Positions 1 through 8,785 of a stretch of DNA of 64,000 nucleotides are shown here, piece by piece (positions within the stretch are counted from its first letter, which is position 1; each line of letters starts with the position of its first letter). Origin of the DNA: Candidatus Eiseniibacteriota bacterium. Lineage in GTDB: Bacteria; Arandabacterota; Arandabacteria; Arandabacterales; Arandabacteraceae. Both the position numbers and the translations under genes were made by a program. Under the pieces are notes generated by a model. That model was not told the origin of the DNA and made no database searches. It saw nothing but the letters and a program-made list of their open reading frames with translations. The DNA lies in the NCBI GenBank assembly GCA_043810925.1, contig JBDRNT010000171.1, positions 8,466 to 72,465 on the forward strand, read 5' to 3'.

Positions 1-1746
1 ACCATCCTTGAAAACAATGTGGTACAGACCATAGCGTCAGCAGGTGAATCATTGGCGGCGGGCATCATCTTTACGATCCCCGCAATCGTTATCGTCGGCA
101 TCTGGCAGGATTTCAAGTTCTGGCCGGTCACCATAATCGCGATCTCAGGCGGGCTCCTCGGCGTTCTCTTCATGATACCGCTGAGAAGAACTCTTATCAT
201 AGAGGAAAAGGAGCTGATCTACCCCGAGGGACTGGCATGTGCCGAGGTTCTGGAGGTCGGTGAGACCAAGGGCAGCGGAGTCGTCTACATCTTCTCAGCC
301 CTTGGACTCGGAGTGGTGTTCAAGCACTTCGTTGCAGCCTTCGGGATCATAAGGGGGACTGTAGAGGGTGCGTGGACCACCGGCAAGACCGCGATGTATT
401 TCGGTTGTGACATGTCCGTCTTGCTCTTAGGGATAGGCTATATCGTCGGCATGAACATAGGCGTCCTGGTTTTCATAGGCGGGGCGATCGGCTGGCTGGT
501 AGGTATCCCCATATACGGCGCAGTCAGAGGATTTCCTGCGGGTGATTCTCTTGTCGACTCCGCATATACCGTCTGGAGCACTCAGATAAGGTACATGGGA
601 GTCGGGGCCATGATTGTCGGAGGGCTCTGGTCGATCATAAGAATCCGGAGTGGTATCGCCAAAGGTCTTCGCGATGCCCTGTTCGGGCGCAGGCTCGCTG
701 CGGGGGCCATGATCCCGAGGACCGAGCAGGATCTCAAGCAGAAGCTGGTTCTGATTCTCTCCGTGGTCACGATCATTTCCGTTTTCAGTATCTACCTTTA
801 CCTTACCCCCACGGTGGGTATAGCACTTGTCTCGACGGTCGCGATGGTGCTGATGGGTTTCTTCTTCGTGGCAGTGTCCAGTTACATCGTGGGGCTGGTC
901 GGGAGTTCCAACAACCCGATATCAGGTATGACCATATGCACGATCCTCTTTACATCCGCGCTTCTCCTGCTCTCCGGGATGAGCGGAAACCAGGGCATTC
1001 TTGCCGCACTCGGGGTGGCAGGTGTAGTCTGCTGTGCGGCGGCTACGGCCGGGGACATATCCCAGGACTTGAAGACGGGTTACCTGGTGGGCGCAACGCC
1101 CCGCAGTCAACAGATGAGTCAGATTCTGGGGGTTGTGCTCCCTGCATTTGTCATAGCACCTGTGCTGACGGTATTGCAGAAGGCGTACGGTATCGGCTCC
1201 CCTGAGCTGCCGGCGCCACAGGCCACACTGTTTGCAAGCATAGCCAGTGCGATGTTCACCGAGGCTTCCATGCCCTGGGGCATGGTGAAGATCGGCGCCG
1301 GGATAGGTATTGTGCTGGTGATCGCAGATGAGATCTTAAGGAACCGGGGCGCCAAGTTCAGGGCGCATGTCATGCCGGTAGCGGTAGGCATCTACCTCCC
1401 GCTCGGTCTTGCAGTGCCCATCTTCGTGGGCGGAGCAACAAACCTGGTAACGAGAACGATCGCCAGGAGGCGAGGTGACGCGGAGAGCGCCGTGCATCGC
1501 GGCGTGCTGTTCAGTTCAGGACTCATCGCCGGCGAGGCCATCATGGGGATCATCCTGGCATTCCTCATCGTTGGAGGCGTCAGTTTGCCGTGGCCGGTCA
1601 TCAGCTGGCTCGGTTCGGTCTTTGAGTCGATCGGACTTCCATTTGCAGCGAACATCTTCCAGAACACGATCTCGCTCTTTTTCTTCGGAATCGGTATCGC
1701 TGCCCTGGTCTACGTGGCTCTGAAGCGTGAACGGACGGGGAGGTAA
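1..1746 (+). CDS. OPT-family oligopeptide transporter, 5'-truncated by the window edge
   Basis: Frame open from base 1 (TILENNVVQTIASAGESLAAG). OPT motifs YPEGLACAEVL, GSSNNPISG, DLKTGYLVGATP, LPAPQA; many TM segments. Confidence 0.9.
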   Translation, partial: TILENNVVQTIASAGESLAAGIIFTIPAIVIVGIWQDFKFWPVTIIAISGGLLGVLFMIPLRRTLIIEEKELIYPEGLACAEVLEVGETKGSGVVYIFSALGLGVVFKHFVAAFGIIRGTVEGAWTTGKTAMYFGCDMSVLLLGIGYIVGMNIGVLVFIGGAIGWLVGIPIYGAVRGFPAGDSLVDSAYTVWSTQIRYMGVGAMIVGGLWSIIRIRSGIAKGLRDALFGRRLAAGAMIPRTEQDLKQKLVLILSVVTIISVFSIYLYLTPTVGIALVSTVAMVLMGFFFVAVSSYIVGLVGSSNNPISGMTICTILFTSALLLLSGMSGNQGILAALGVAGVVCCAAATAGDISQDLKTGYLVGATPRSQQMSQILGVVLPAFVIAPVLTVLQKAYGIGSPELPAPQATLFASIASAMFTEASMPWGMVKIGAGIGIVLVIADEILRNRGAKFRAHVMPVAVGIYLPLGLAVPIFVGGATNLVTRTIARRRGDAESAVHRGVLFSSGLIAGEAIMGIILAFLIVGGVSLPWPVISWLGSVFESIGLPFAANIFQNTISLFFFGIGIAALVYVALKRERTGR

Positions 1747-1752
1747 ACACCT

Positions 1753-2706
1753 ATGAAGGAACTGATTGAAGCAGCACACGTTGCCCTGACTGATTGTGCC
1801 GCGGTCAGGAAAGGTGAGAATGTCGTCATCGTCACCGACGAACCCCTGAGAAGGATCGGAACAGCCTTCTGGGAAGCTGCACGGGCACTGAAAGCCGACG
1901 CCATATTCTGCGAGATCGTCTCCAGAAAAACACACGGAGAGGAACCCCCGCGGGCTGTGGCAGCTCTACTCAAAGTCTGCGACGTTTTCATGATTCCAAC
2001 GAGCAAGTCCCTGACCCACACCGACGCGCGTCGGGACGCGTGCGCCAACGGTGCCCGGGGAGCTACGCTGCCCAACATCAATGAGGACATGATGAAACGC
2101 ACCCTCAGAGCAGATTATAAGAAGATCGAGGAGCGGACCAGGAAGGTCATCTCCCTGATCGAGGGTGCGGCCGAGGCACGTGTCACAACCGCGAAGGGAA
2201 CCGACATCACTATGTCGCTTGCGGGGCGGTCATGTCATGAGGATACCGGTATCATCACAGAGCCGGGGACATCAACCAACCTGCCTGCCGGGGAAGCCTA
2301 CCTGGCTCCGGTGGAGGGAACCGCCAGGGGCAGAATTGTCGCCGACGGATCATGCGCCGGGATCGGAGTGTTGCACGAGCCTATAGCGATCGAAGTAGCT
2401 GACGGTCTTGCGGGCGACATCTCCGGGGGCGGTGAGGCCGAGAAGCTGATCGGTCTTGTCTCGGCGTTCGGCAGGGACGCAAGGAACATAGCTGAGCTCG
2501 GCATCGGCACCAACGACAAAGCGATCCTCTCAGGGAGCACTCTCGAGGATGAAAAGGTGATGGGGACCGTGCACATCGCACTCGGCGACAACGTGAGCAT
2601 GGGAGGCAATGTCTCGGTCGCAAGCCATCTCGATCTCATAATCAAATCGCCCACTCTGATCATAGACGGCAGGGAGATCATAAAGGACGGGAAGCTCCTG
2701 GTGTAG
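1753..2706 (+). CDS. Aminopeptidase, peptidase M29 (AmpS/AmpT-like)
   Basis: HGEEPP, NLPAGEAY, NIAELGIGTN, EDEKVMGTVHIALGDN and HLD metal-ligand motifs. Confidence 0.88.
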   Translation: MKELIEAAHVALTDCAAVRKGENVVIVTDEPLRRIGTAFWEAARALKADAIFCEIVSRKTHGEEPPRAVAALLKVCDVFMIPTSKSLTHTDARRDACANGARGATLPNINEDMMKRTLRADYKKIEERTRKVISLIEGAAEARVTTAKGTDITMSLAGRSCHEDTGIITEPGTSTNLPAGEAYLAPVEGTARGRIVADGSCAGIGVLHEPIAIEVADGLAGDISGGGEAEKLIGLVSAFGRDARNIAELGIGTNDKAILSGSTLEDEKVMGTVHIALGDNVSMGGNVSVASHLDLIIKSPTLIIDGREIIKDGKLLV

Positions 2707-3053
2707 CCGCAACCCCCGACAGGCAGGCACGGACTCTCCGTTTTGCGATATTTCGCTAATGCTTGGCACCCCCCCCTCCGATAATGCCTGCAGAGGTCGT
2801 AACCAAATGGTAAGACGGAAGTCTGTTCCTCGTAAAACGGTGGCATCGAAACTCAGTGGACGATTCTGCCGACAAGCCGGGGAGTACTTAGCCCTACGTT
2901 CCGTCTACAACCATCAATGATTCAGTCTTGATCGGCATTTGAAGTTGCTTTAAACCGTTTGGAGGTCGCGGTACATTGAAAGCCTGTTCAGGCATCAGTC
3001 TGTATTCATCCACCCTTTTCTCACGTCTTCGGACAGTCTCAAGGAGGAATACC

Positions 3054-3542
3054 ATGCACTTGCGCATTGGACTCGCGATAACTGTGGCATTACTCGTCAT
3101 ATGTACAGCCGCATCTGCGCAGGAACCGATCGACGCCGGCGCAACCCCGGGTGGGGCTCAGTATTATGTGTATCTCGGCAAGAACTGGGAGCTCCAGATA
3201 AATGTCTATGTATGGGGTCGTGTGGCCAGACCGGGGATGTATTCCGTGCCAAACACCACCGATCTCGTCGCTGTAATATCGCTTGCAGGCGGACCCGGAG
3301 AACATGCGAATCTTAAGAACGTCAGGGTCATCCGCAGCAATCCCAACCCTGAGGTAATGACCGTCAATGTGAAGGCTTACATGCACACGGGTAAACCGAG
3401 CTCGATTCCCGTGCTCCATCCGGGCGACACGGTTATCGTATCGGCAAACAAGTCTCACAGCTTCGCGAGTGTCGTGAATGTGTTTTCACAGATCGCGATC
3501 ATAGGCAACGTCTACTACCTGTTCTTCTTGCACGAAAGGTAG
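3054..3542 (+). CDS. Secreted SLBB-domain protein, minimal Wza/polysaccharide-export-like
   Basis: ATG 3054 after SD aaggagg; signal peptide; VYVWGRVARPGMY..ISLAGG..LHPGDTVIV SLBB pattern; hydrophobic C-terminal helix; directly upstream of wzc. Confidence 0.8.
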   Translation: MHLRIGLAITVALLVICTAASAQEPIDAGATPGGAQYYVYLGKNWELQINVYVWGRVARPGMYSVPNTTDLVAVISLAGGPGEHANLKNVRVIRSNPNPEVMTVNVKAYMHTGKPSSIPVLHPGDTVIVSANKSHSFASVVNVFSQIAIIGNVYYLFFLHER

Positions 3543-3615
3543 ATCTAACCCAAACCATGCACACGACAGAGCACAGCCGTATCCAGAAGCAGACGAATCA
3601 CAAACAACAGAATCC

Positions 3616-5856
3616 ATGGATCAATTCGCGGAGGGAGCAATGCCTGTAGAAGAAAACGAGGTCACTTTTCACGACTACCTGCGGATCGTCTTTGAAAGGA
3701 AGTGGATTATCCTGCCCCTGCTGATCATCACGATCGCATTGACAGGATACTATACATTCACACAACCGGAAGTGTACCAGGCGACCGCCACGTTGATGAT
3801 CGGGCCGGGAGGAACGGGCCAGTCCATTCTCGGGTTCGGCTACCAGAGTAGGGGTAGCAGCCCTATCCAGAACTATTGTCAGATACTCAAGAGCCGGAGC
3901 GTCGCGAAGAAGACGGCCGACAGACTCAACGACATGCCGGTCGTCTCCACATCCCCGGTGACCACGTACAATGCCGATGCAATGATGGGCCGCATCGGAG
4001 TGGAACCGGTGCGGGGTACCGACGTCCTCAAGGTCTCGGGCAGAGCATCCACACCTGAGGCGGCGGCCATCATCGCCAACACGGTCACCGACGTGTTCAT
4101 AGAAGAACAGATCACTATTGTCAGAGGTGAATACACCCAGCAGCGTCTGTTCCTCGAAGAACAGATTCCCATAGCTGAGGCGAAACTGCAAATCTCAGAG
4201 GAAGATCTCAAGCTTTTCAAGGAAGAGAACGAGTTTGTCGCGCTTTCGGAGGAAACCAGGGGTACAACCCAGAAGCTGGTTGAATTCGACAAGCAACTCG
4301 GAGAGACGCAGACCGGGATCAATACGACGCTTACCAGGCTTGACTATCTTGAGGCGCAGCTCGCCGAACAGCAGAAGACGCTGCCTGAGGACATCGCAGA
4401 GGTATCAAGCCCCTACATACTGGAGCTTAGAAGGCAGCTCGTAGAGCTCGAAACCAATGCCTCGATGTACCTTGTCCAGGGTTTGGCCGAGGACAGTCCA
4501 AAGATGGCCAACCTCAGAAAGAGCATCGAGGATACGAAATCCAATTTGATCGAAGAGACGAAGAGCCTTGGCGGCAAAGACATACCGTCACTTGACCCGC
4601 TTTCATACGCCCGGAATCTTTTTGACAGAGTGCTGGAACTCAAGGGCGAGATGGTCACGCTGAATGCAAGACGGGATGCGCTGCTGGGGGTCCGGAAGAT
4701 CTATGCGGTCAAACTGGAGAAGTTGCCAAAAACGGAGCTCGATCTTGCCCGGCTGGAGCGTGACCGGCTGTTAAACAACAGTACCTACGGCATGCTGATG
4801 CAGAAGTACGAAGAGGCCAAGATTGCCGAGGCCGGCAAGATATCGAACATACGTGTGGTCGATCGTGCGAGGGTACCGCGATCACCTATCCAGCCCCAGA
4901 AGAAACGCAACATGGCATTCGGGGCGATCATCGGATTGGCCCTCGGGTTGGGCGCGGCATTCATGCTGGACTATACCGACAATTCGGTGAGAACACCGAA
5001 GGACATCGACAGGTCCGGCAGCATGACGATACTCGGGACCGTGCCCATGATAAAAGTCAAGGCAAGTAAGAAAGACAGAGCGTCGGGTATCGTTGCGCAT
5101 CTGCTGACGGAGCAACCGACCAGGTCTTCCCTGGGCGAGGCGTTCCGTTCGATCCGGACCAACCTGCAGTTCGCCAGCCCCGACAAACCCATACACACAT
5201 TGCTTGTCACCTCAGCGATACCCGGTGAGGGCAAGTCTACGGTCACCTCCAATCTGGGTATTGCGATGGCGCAGATGGGAATAAGAACACTGCTGGTGGA
5301 CACGGATCTCAGGAAACCAGTACTCAGAAAGGTATTCAAACTCGAACAGGAAACGGGATTCACCGACTTCATGGCGGACCACATCAGTCTTGAAGAGGCT
5401 TTGTGCCAGACGGATGTGGAGAATCTCACGGTGCTGCCGGCCGGTTCGTTGCCGCCGAACCCATCCGAGTTGATTGGATCGAAGAAGATGGAGTCGGTGA
5501 TAGAGCGACTCAAGAACGATTACCAACTGGTGATATTCGACTCGCCTCCGGCCATAGGAGTCACGGATGCGGCCATCCTGGGCTCCAAGCTCGACGGCGC
5601 CGTCCTGGTCGTACGAACGGGCAAGACCGATAGAGCTGCCCTGCTTCGTGCGAAGGAGATACTCGAGAGGGTGCACACAAACGTTCTGGGTGTTGTTCTC
5701 CACATGGTCACCCCCGTACATGGGCGGTACGGCTATTACTACGGCTACTACTACCATTACTACCCTTACTACGGTGAGGGAAACGACAAGAAGTCGAAGA
5801 GAAGCAAGAAGAAGGATAAGGATCGGGAAAAGGAACCGGAAACAGTGTCATGTTGA
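3616..5856 (+). CDS. wzc: Polysaccharide co-polymerase / BY-kinase (Wzc)
   Basis: Two TM segments flanking a coiled coil; Walker A GEGKST, A' LVDTDLRKP, B IFDSPP; C-terminal Tyr cluster YGYYYGYYYHYYPYY. Confidence 0.93.
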   Translation: MDQFAEGAMPVEENEVTFHDYLRIVFERKWIILPLLIITIALTGYYTFTQPEVYQATATLMIGPGGTGQSILGFGYQSRGSSPIQNYCQILKSRSVAKKTADRLNDMPVVSTSPVTTYNADAMMGRIGVEPVRGTDVLKVSGRASTPEAAAIIANTVTDVFIEEQITIVRGEYTQQRLFLEEQIPIAEAKLQISEEDLKLFKEENEFVALSEETRGTTQKLVEFDKQLGETQTGINTTLTRLDYLEAQLAEQQKTLPEDIAEVSSPYILELRRQLVELETNASMYLVQGLAEDSPKMANLRKSIEDTKSNLIEETKSLGGKDIPSLDPLSYARNLFDRVLELKGEMVTLNARRDALLGVRKIYAVKLEKLPKTELDLARLERDRLLNNSTYGMLMQKYEEAKIAEAGKISNIRVVDRARVPRSPIQPQKKRNMAFGAIIGLALGLGAAFMLDYTDNSVRTPKDIDRSGSMTILGTVPMIKVKASKKDRASGIVAHLLTEQPTRSSLGEAFRSIRTNLQFASPDKPIHTLLVTSAIPGEGKSTVTSNLGIAMAQMGIRTLLVDTDLRKPVLRKVFKLEQETGFTDFMADHISLEEALCQTDVENLTVLPAGSLPPNPSELIGSKKMESVIERLKNDYQLVIFDSPPAIGVTDAAILGSKLDGAVLVVRTGKTDRAALLRAKEILERVHTNVLGVVLHMVTPVHGRYGYYYGYYYHYYPYYGEGNDKKSKRSKKKDKDREKEPETVSC

Positions 5857-5956
5857 GAAGACACGAAACATCTACGAGAAGTTACAACCGGGGTTCCCGG
5901 GAATGTGCCGGAGAAGTACAGGTTTCATTTGACGTTGTGACATCGGGCCCGAGGGC

Positions 5957-5984
5957 TTGAAGCTTCGGGCACTATAGATAGGTT
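5957..5984 (+). promoter_or_regulatory. Candidate sigma70 promoter for the upxY-led operon
   Basis: TTGAAG-16 nt-TAGGTT, 66 nt upstream of the ATG at 6051; imperfect match. Confidence 0.3.
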
Positions 5985-6050
5985 ATTAATTTAGCGAAGC
6001 GGTTATGTAACCGACAAGGGCGTGCTGTATCTACCGCCCGGGGGAGAACG

Positions 6051-6653
6051 ATGCAAAAGACGCGCACGGACCACAGGACGGACATCAGTACCGACTCCCT
6101 GGGCTATCCGGCGACACCGGACCGCGGTGCGTCACCGGCGGCGCGCTTCTCGCCGGTCATTCCCTGGTACGTAGCCTACACCCGGTGTCATCACGAACAG
6201 CGGGTCGCCAGGCATCTGGCACTTAAGAACGTCCCGGTGTTGTTTCCCAAGTACAAGACGTGGAGCCGGCGCAAGGACAGACGCAAGATGATAGAGCTGC
6301 CGCTCTTTCCGGGCTACCTGTTTATCCAGAGCGAACCCTTTGCCCACCGCTTCACAGAGATTTCCGACACCCCGGGGCTTGCATTCATCCTTGGCAATGG
6401 AAACGGACCAAAGGCTATAGCCGACGACGAGATCAAGAGCCTGTTGATCCTTCTTTCCTCCTCGACGCCTTTTGAACCGCATCCGTATTTCTGTACCGGC
6501 GAGCAGGTCATCGTGCTGTCGGGACCGCTCAAGGGCGCTGTAGGCTACGTGCTCCAGTCACGTCCCGACAAGCGAAAGCTGGTGATCACAGTCGATCTCC
6601 TCGGCCGCTCTGCCGCCGTACACATCTCCGATGAGATAGTGGATAAATACTGA
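6051..6653 (+). CDS. NusG-paralog transcription antiterminator (UpxY/RfaH/LoaP-like)
   Basis: NGN domain WYVAYTR..E..PLFPGYLF with WSRRKDRRK insert; KOW motif GEQVIVLSGPLKGAVG; heads the long polysaccharide operon. Confidence 0.92.
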   Translation: MQKTRTDHRTDISTDSLGYPATPDRGASPAARFSPVIPWYVAYTRCHHEQRVARHLALKNVPVLFPKYKTWSRRKDRRKMIELPLFPGYLFIQSEPFAHRFTEISDTPGLAFILGNGNGPKAIADDEIKSLLILLSSSTPFEPHPYFCTGEQVIVLSGPLKGAVGYVLQSRPDKRKLVITVDLLGRSAAVHISDEIVDKY

Positions 6654-6682
6654 CCCCGTGAATCAACCAACAAACCATAGCG

Positions 6683-6742
6683 GTAGCATCAGGGTTCCAA
6701 CCCGGACGATCCGTGCGTCGGGCACGGAGACCCGATGCTGCA
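6683..6742. repeat. REP-like palindrome, family A copy 1
   Basis: gtagcatcagggttccaacccggacg..cgtcgggcacggagacccgatgctgca forms an imperfect hairpin; both arms recur at 43750-43835 and 49049-49122. Confidence 0.7.
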
Positions 6743-6770
6743 TTTCAAGACCTGACCCCAAGGTGATCTC

Positions 6771-8645
6771 ATGTGCGGTATAGCCGGAATCCACAGCCAG
6801 AGCGGAATGGCGCCGGACACTATGGCGGACGCTGTGGGCGTCATGACGCGCACCCTGAAACACCGGGGCACCGATGACATGGGTTTTCACTTCTCCGAGG
6901 ACAGGAAGACCGGTCTGGGTCATACGAGATTGTCGATCATCGACCTGTCAAGTGCCGGGCACCAGCCGATGTCCAATGAAAGCAAGTCAATCTGGATAGT
7001 CTATAATGGCGAGATATACAACTTCCCCGAATTGCGCGATGCCCTGCTTAGCTGCGGGCACAGATTCAATAGTGAGACGGACACCGAAACGGTGCTTCAC
7101 GGCTACGAGGAATGGGGAATCGAAGACCTGCTTAAGAGGCTTCGGGGGATGTTCGCCTTTGCCGTCTACGATACCAGACCGGCAGCCGCGGGCGGACGCA
7201 TCATCCTGGCCAGGGACCGGCTGGGTCTTAAGCCCCTCTACTATTCTTACCGTGACGGCGTTTTGGTTCTTGCGTCGGAAATCAAGGCGATCCTTGCATC
7301 ACATCTGGAGACAAGAGAGATCGATCCGCATGCCGTGGGCTCGTACCTGCTCCGCGGTTTCATACCGCCACCGGCGACTATCTATAAGGACATAACCGCA
7401 TTGAGACCCGGACATTACATCACAGTGGACGGAAACGGCGTCTCGGAGACTCGCTACTACGACCTCGCAGAAGCTTTCTGCGACACCTCGCTTGCGTCGG
7501 TATCCGAGGGTGAAGCTGTTGAGATGATTCATTCGTGCCTGGTGGATACCATGAAGTGTCATCTTATAAGTGACGTACCCGTCGGGGCGTTCCTGAGCGG
7601 CGGAATAGACTCAAGCTCGATAGTCGCCGTTATGCGTGAGGTCGATCATAGACGCGTGAAGACCGTCTCCGCGGTCTTTCCGGATACGGCTCAGGACGAG
7701 AGCCGGTTCTCAAGGGCCGCAGCCGAGATGTTCAATACCGATCATGCAGAAATCGAGATAAGCGGCCGGGACGTCGCAGGCCACATGGAGAAGATCCTGT
7801 ATGCGATGGACCAGCCAACGGTAGACGGTGTTAATACTTACTTTGTCTCGTGGGCAACCGCACTCAGCGGTCTAAAGGTCGCGATGTCGGGTGTGGGTGG
7901 CGATGAGATATTCTGGGGTTATCCTTCCTTCAGACAAATACCGAGACTGCACATGCTTCTAAAGATCCTCGCGACGATTCCTTTCGGAAGACGTGCCGCG
8001 AAGTCTCTGCTCAGGGACTCAGGTAATTCACGAAACAGAAAACTCCACGCGATGGTCTCAAACGACCGGTCGATACCTGAGATCTATATGGACTACAGGG
8101 GGCTCTTTGCAAGGGACCAGATCCGAGAACTCCTTTGTGGAGACCTGGGCGAGGATGCGCTCAAAGACACCGGGACGCCTCACTATCTCTCGGACTGCGC
8201 CAGCACGATAGGTCAGAGCAACCTTGTGGGCCTCCTTGAGACCACTTCATACATGGCAAGCCAGCTTCTGAGGGATACGGATGTGTTCAGCATGACTCAT
8301 ACCCTCGAGGTCAGGGCGCCTTTCGTCGACCACACCCTGGTCGAACTCCTGGCAAGGCTTCCTGCCCGCCACAAGACCCGCAATGACGTACCCAAACGCC
8401 TTCTGGTCAAGGCCCTGGACAGAGAGTTGCCGGCTGAAATAGTCGACCGCCCGAAACAGGGCTTTGTTTTCCCCTTCGATCTGTGGATGCGAAACGAACT
8501 CAAAGACCTGACCGAAGACGCCCTCAACGGCTGCCGTGCACTCAACGGACAATACGTGTCAAAACTCCTCAGTGGCTTCTATGACCACAAGGTTCACTGG
8601 TCACGTGTATGGAGCCTGGTGGTACTGGCAAACTGGCTGAATTGA
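6771..8645 (+). CDS. asnB: Asparagine synthase-like glutamine amidotransferase (AsnB family; probably sugar-acid amidation)
   Basis: N-terminal MCGIAG, HRG.D, YNGEIYNF, FLSGGIDSS, SGVGGDEIF, LEVRAPF, RPKQGF. Confidence 0.9.
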   Translation: MCGIAGIHSQSGMAPDTMADAVGVMTRTLKHRGTDDMGFHFSEDRKTGLGHTRLSIIDLSSAGHQPMSNESKSIWIVYNGEIYNFPELRDALLSCGHRFNSETDTETVLHGYEEWGIEDLLKRLRGMFAFAVYDTRPAAAGGRIILARDRLGLKPLYYSYRDGVLVLASEIKAILASHLETREIDPHAVGSYLLRGFIPPPATIYKDITALRPGHYITVDGNGVSETRYYDLAEAFCDTSLASVSEGEAVEMIHSCLVDTMKCHLISDVPVGAFLSGGIDSSSIVAVMREVDHRRVKTVSAVFPDTAQDESRFSRAAAEMFNTDHAEIEISGRDVAGHMEKILYAMDQPTVDGVNTYFVSWATALSGLKVAMSGVGGDEIFWGYPSFRQIPRLHMLLKILATIPFGRRAAKSLLRDSGNSRNRKLHAMVSNDRSIPEIYMDYRGLFARDQIRELLCGDLGEDALKDTGTPHYLSDCASTIGQSNLVGLLETTSYMASQLLRDTDVFSMTHTLEVRAPFVDHTLVELLARLPARHKTRNDVPKRLLVKALDRELPAEIVDRPKQGFVFPFDLWMRNELKDLTEDALNGCRALNGQYVSKLLSGFYDHKVHWSRVWSLVVLANWLN

Positions 8646-8653
8646 AAACCCCA

Positions 8654-8785
8654 ATGGTCATCGAAAAGTCATTGCTGATCAGACTGCTGATAGCAGGCTG
8701 GACTCTCATGATAAGCGCATTTTACTACCTGCAGTTTAAGTCCATGCTGAACATGCTTCTCAACAAGGTACTGGAAACCATCTGA
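8654..8785 (+). CDS. Small 43-aa single-pass membrane protein (not in the ORF track)
   Basis: MVIEKSLLIRLLIAGWTLMISAFYYLQFKSMLNMLLNKVLETI*; fills the gap after asnB and overlaps the next start as TGATG. Confidence 0.6.
   Translation: MVIEKSLLIRLLIAGWTLMISAFYYLQFKSMLNMLLNKVLETI

Noticed and set aside
2761-2790. C8 tract between ttggca and gataat as a phase-variable promoter
   Set aside because: The spacer is only 11 nt and the site is about 270 nt from the next start; unsupported.
2931-2950. Sigma54 promoter (cggcat..ttgct)
   Set aside because: GG-to-GC spacing is 11 nt rather than the required 10.
5725-5775. tac/tat-rich quasi-tandem repeat
   Set aside because: It simply encodes the Wzc tyrosine cluster; not a contingency repeat.
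6771-8645. Housekeeping asparagine biosynthesis or lasso-peptide cyclase
   Set aside because: It has an intact glutaminase domain and sits in a polysaccharide operon; no lasso B protein is present and the adjacent small ORF is hydrophobic, not precursor-like.
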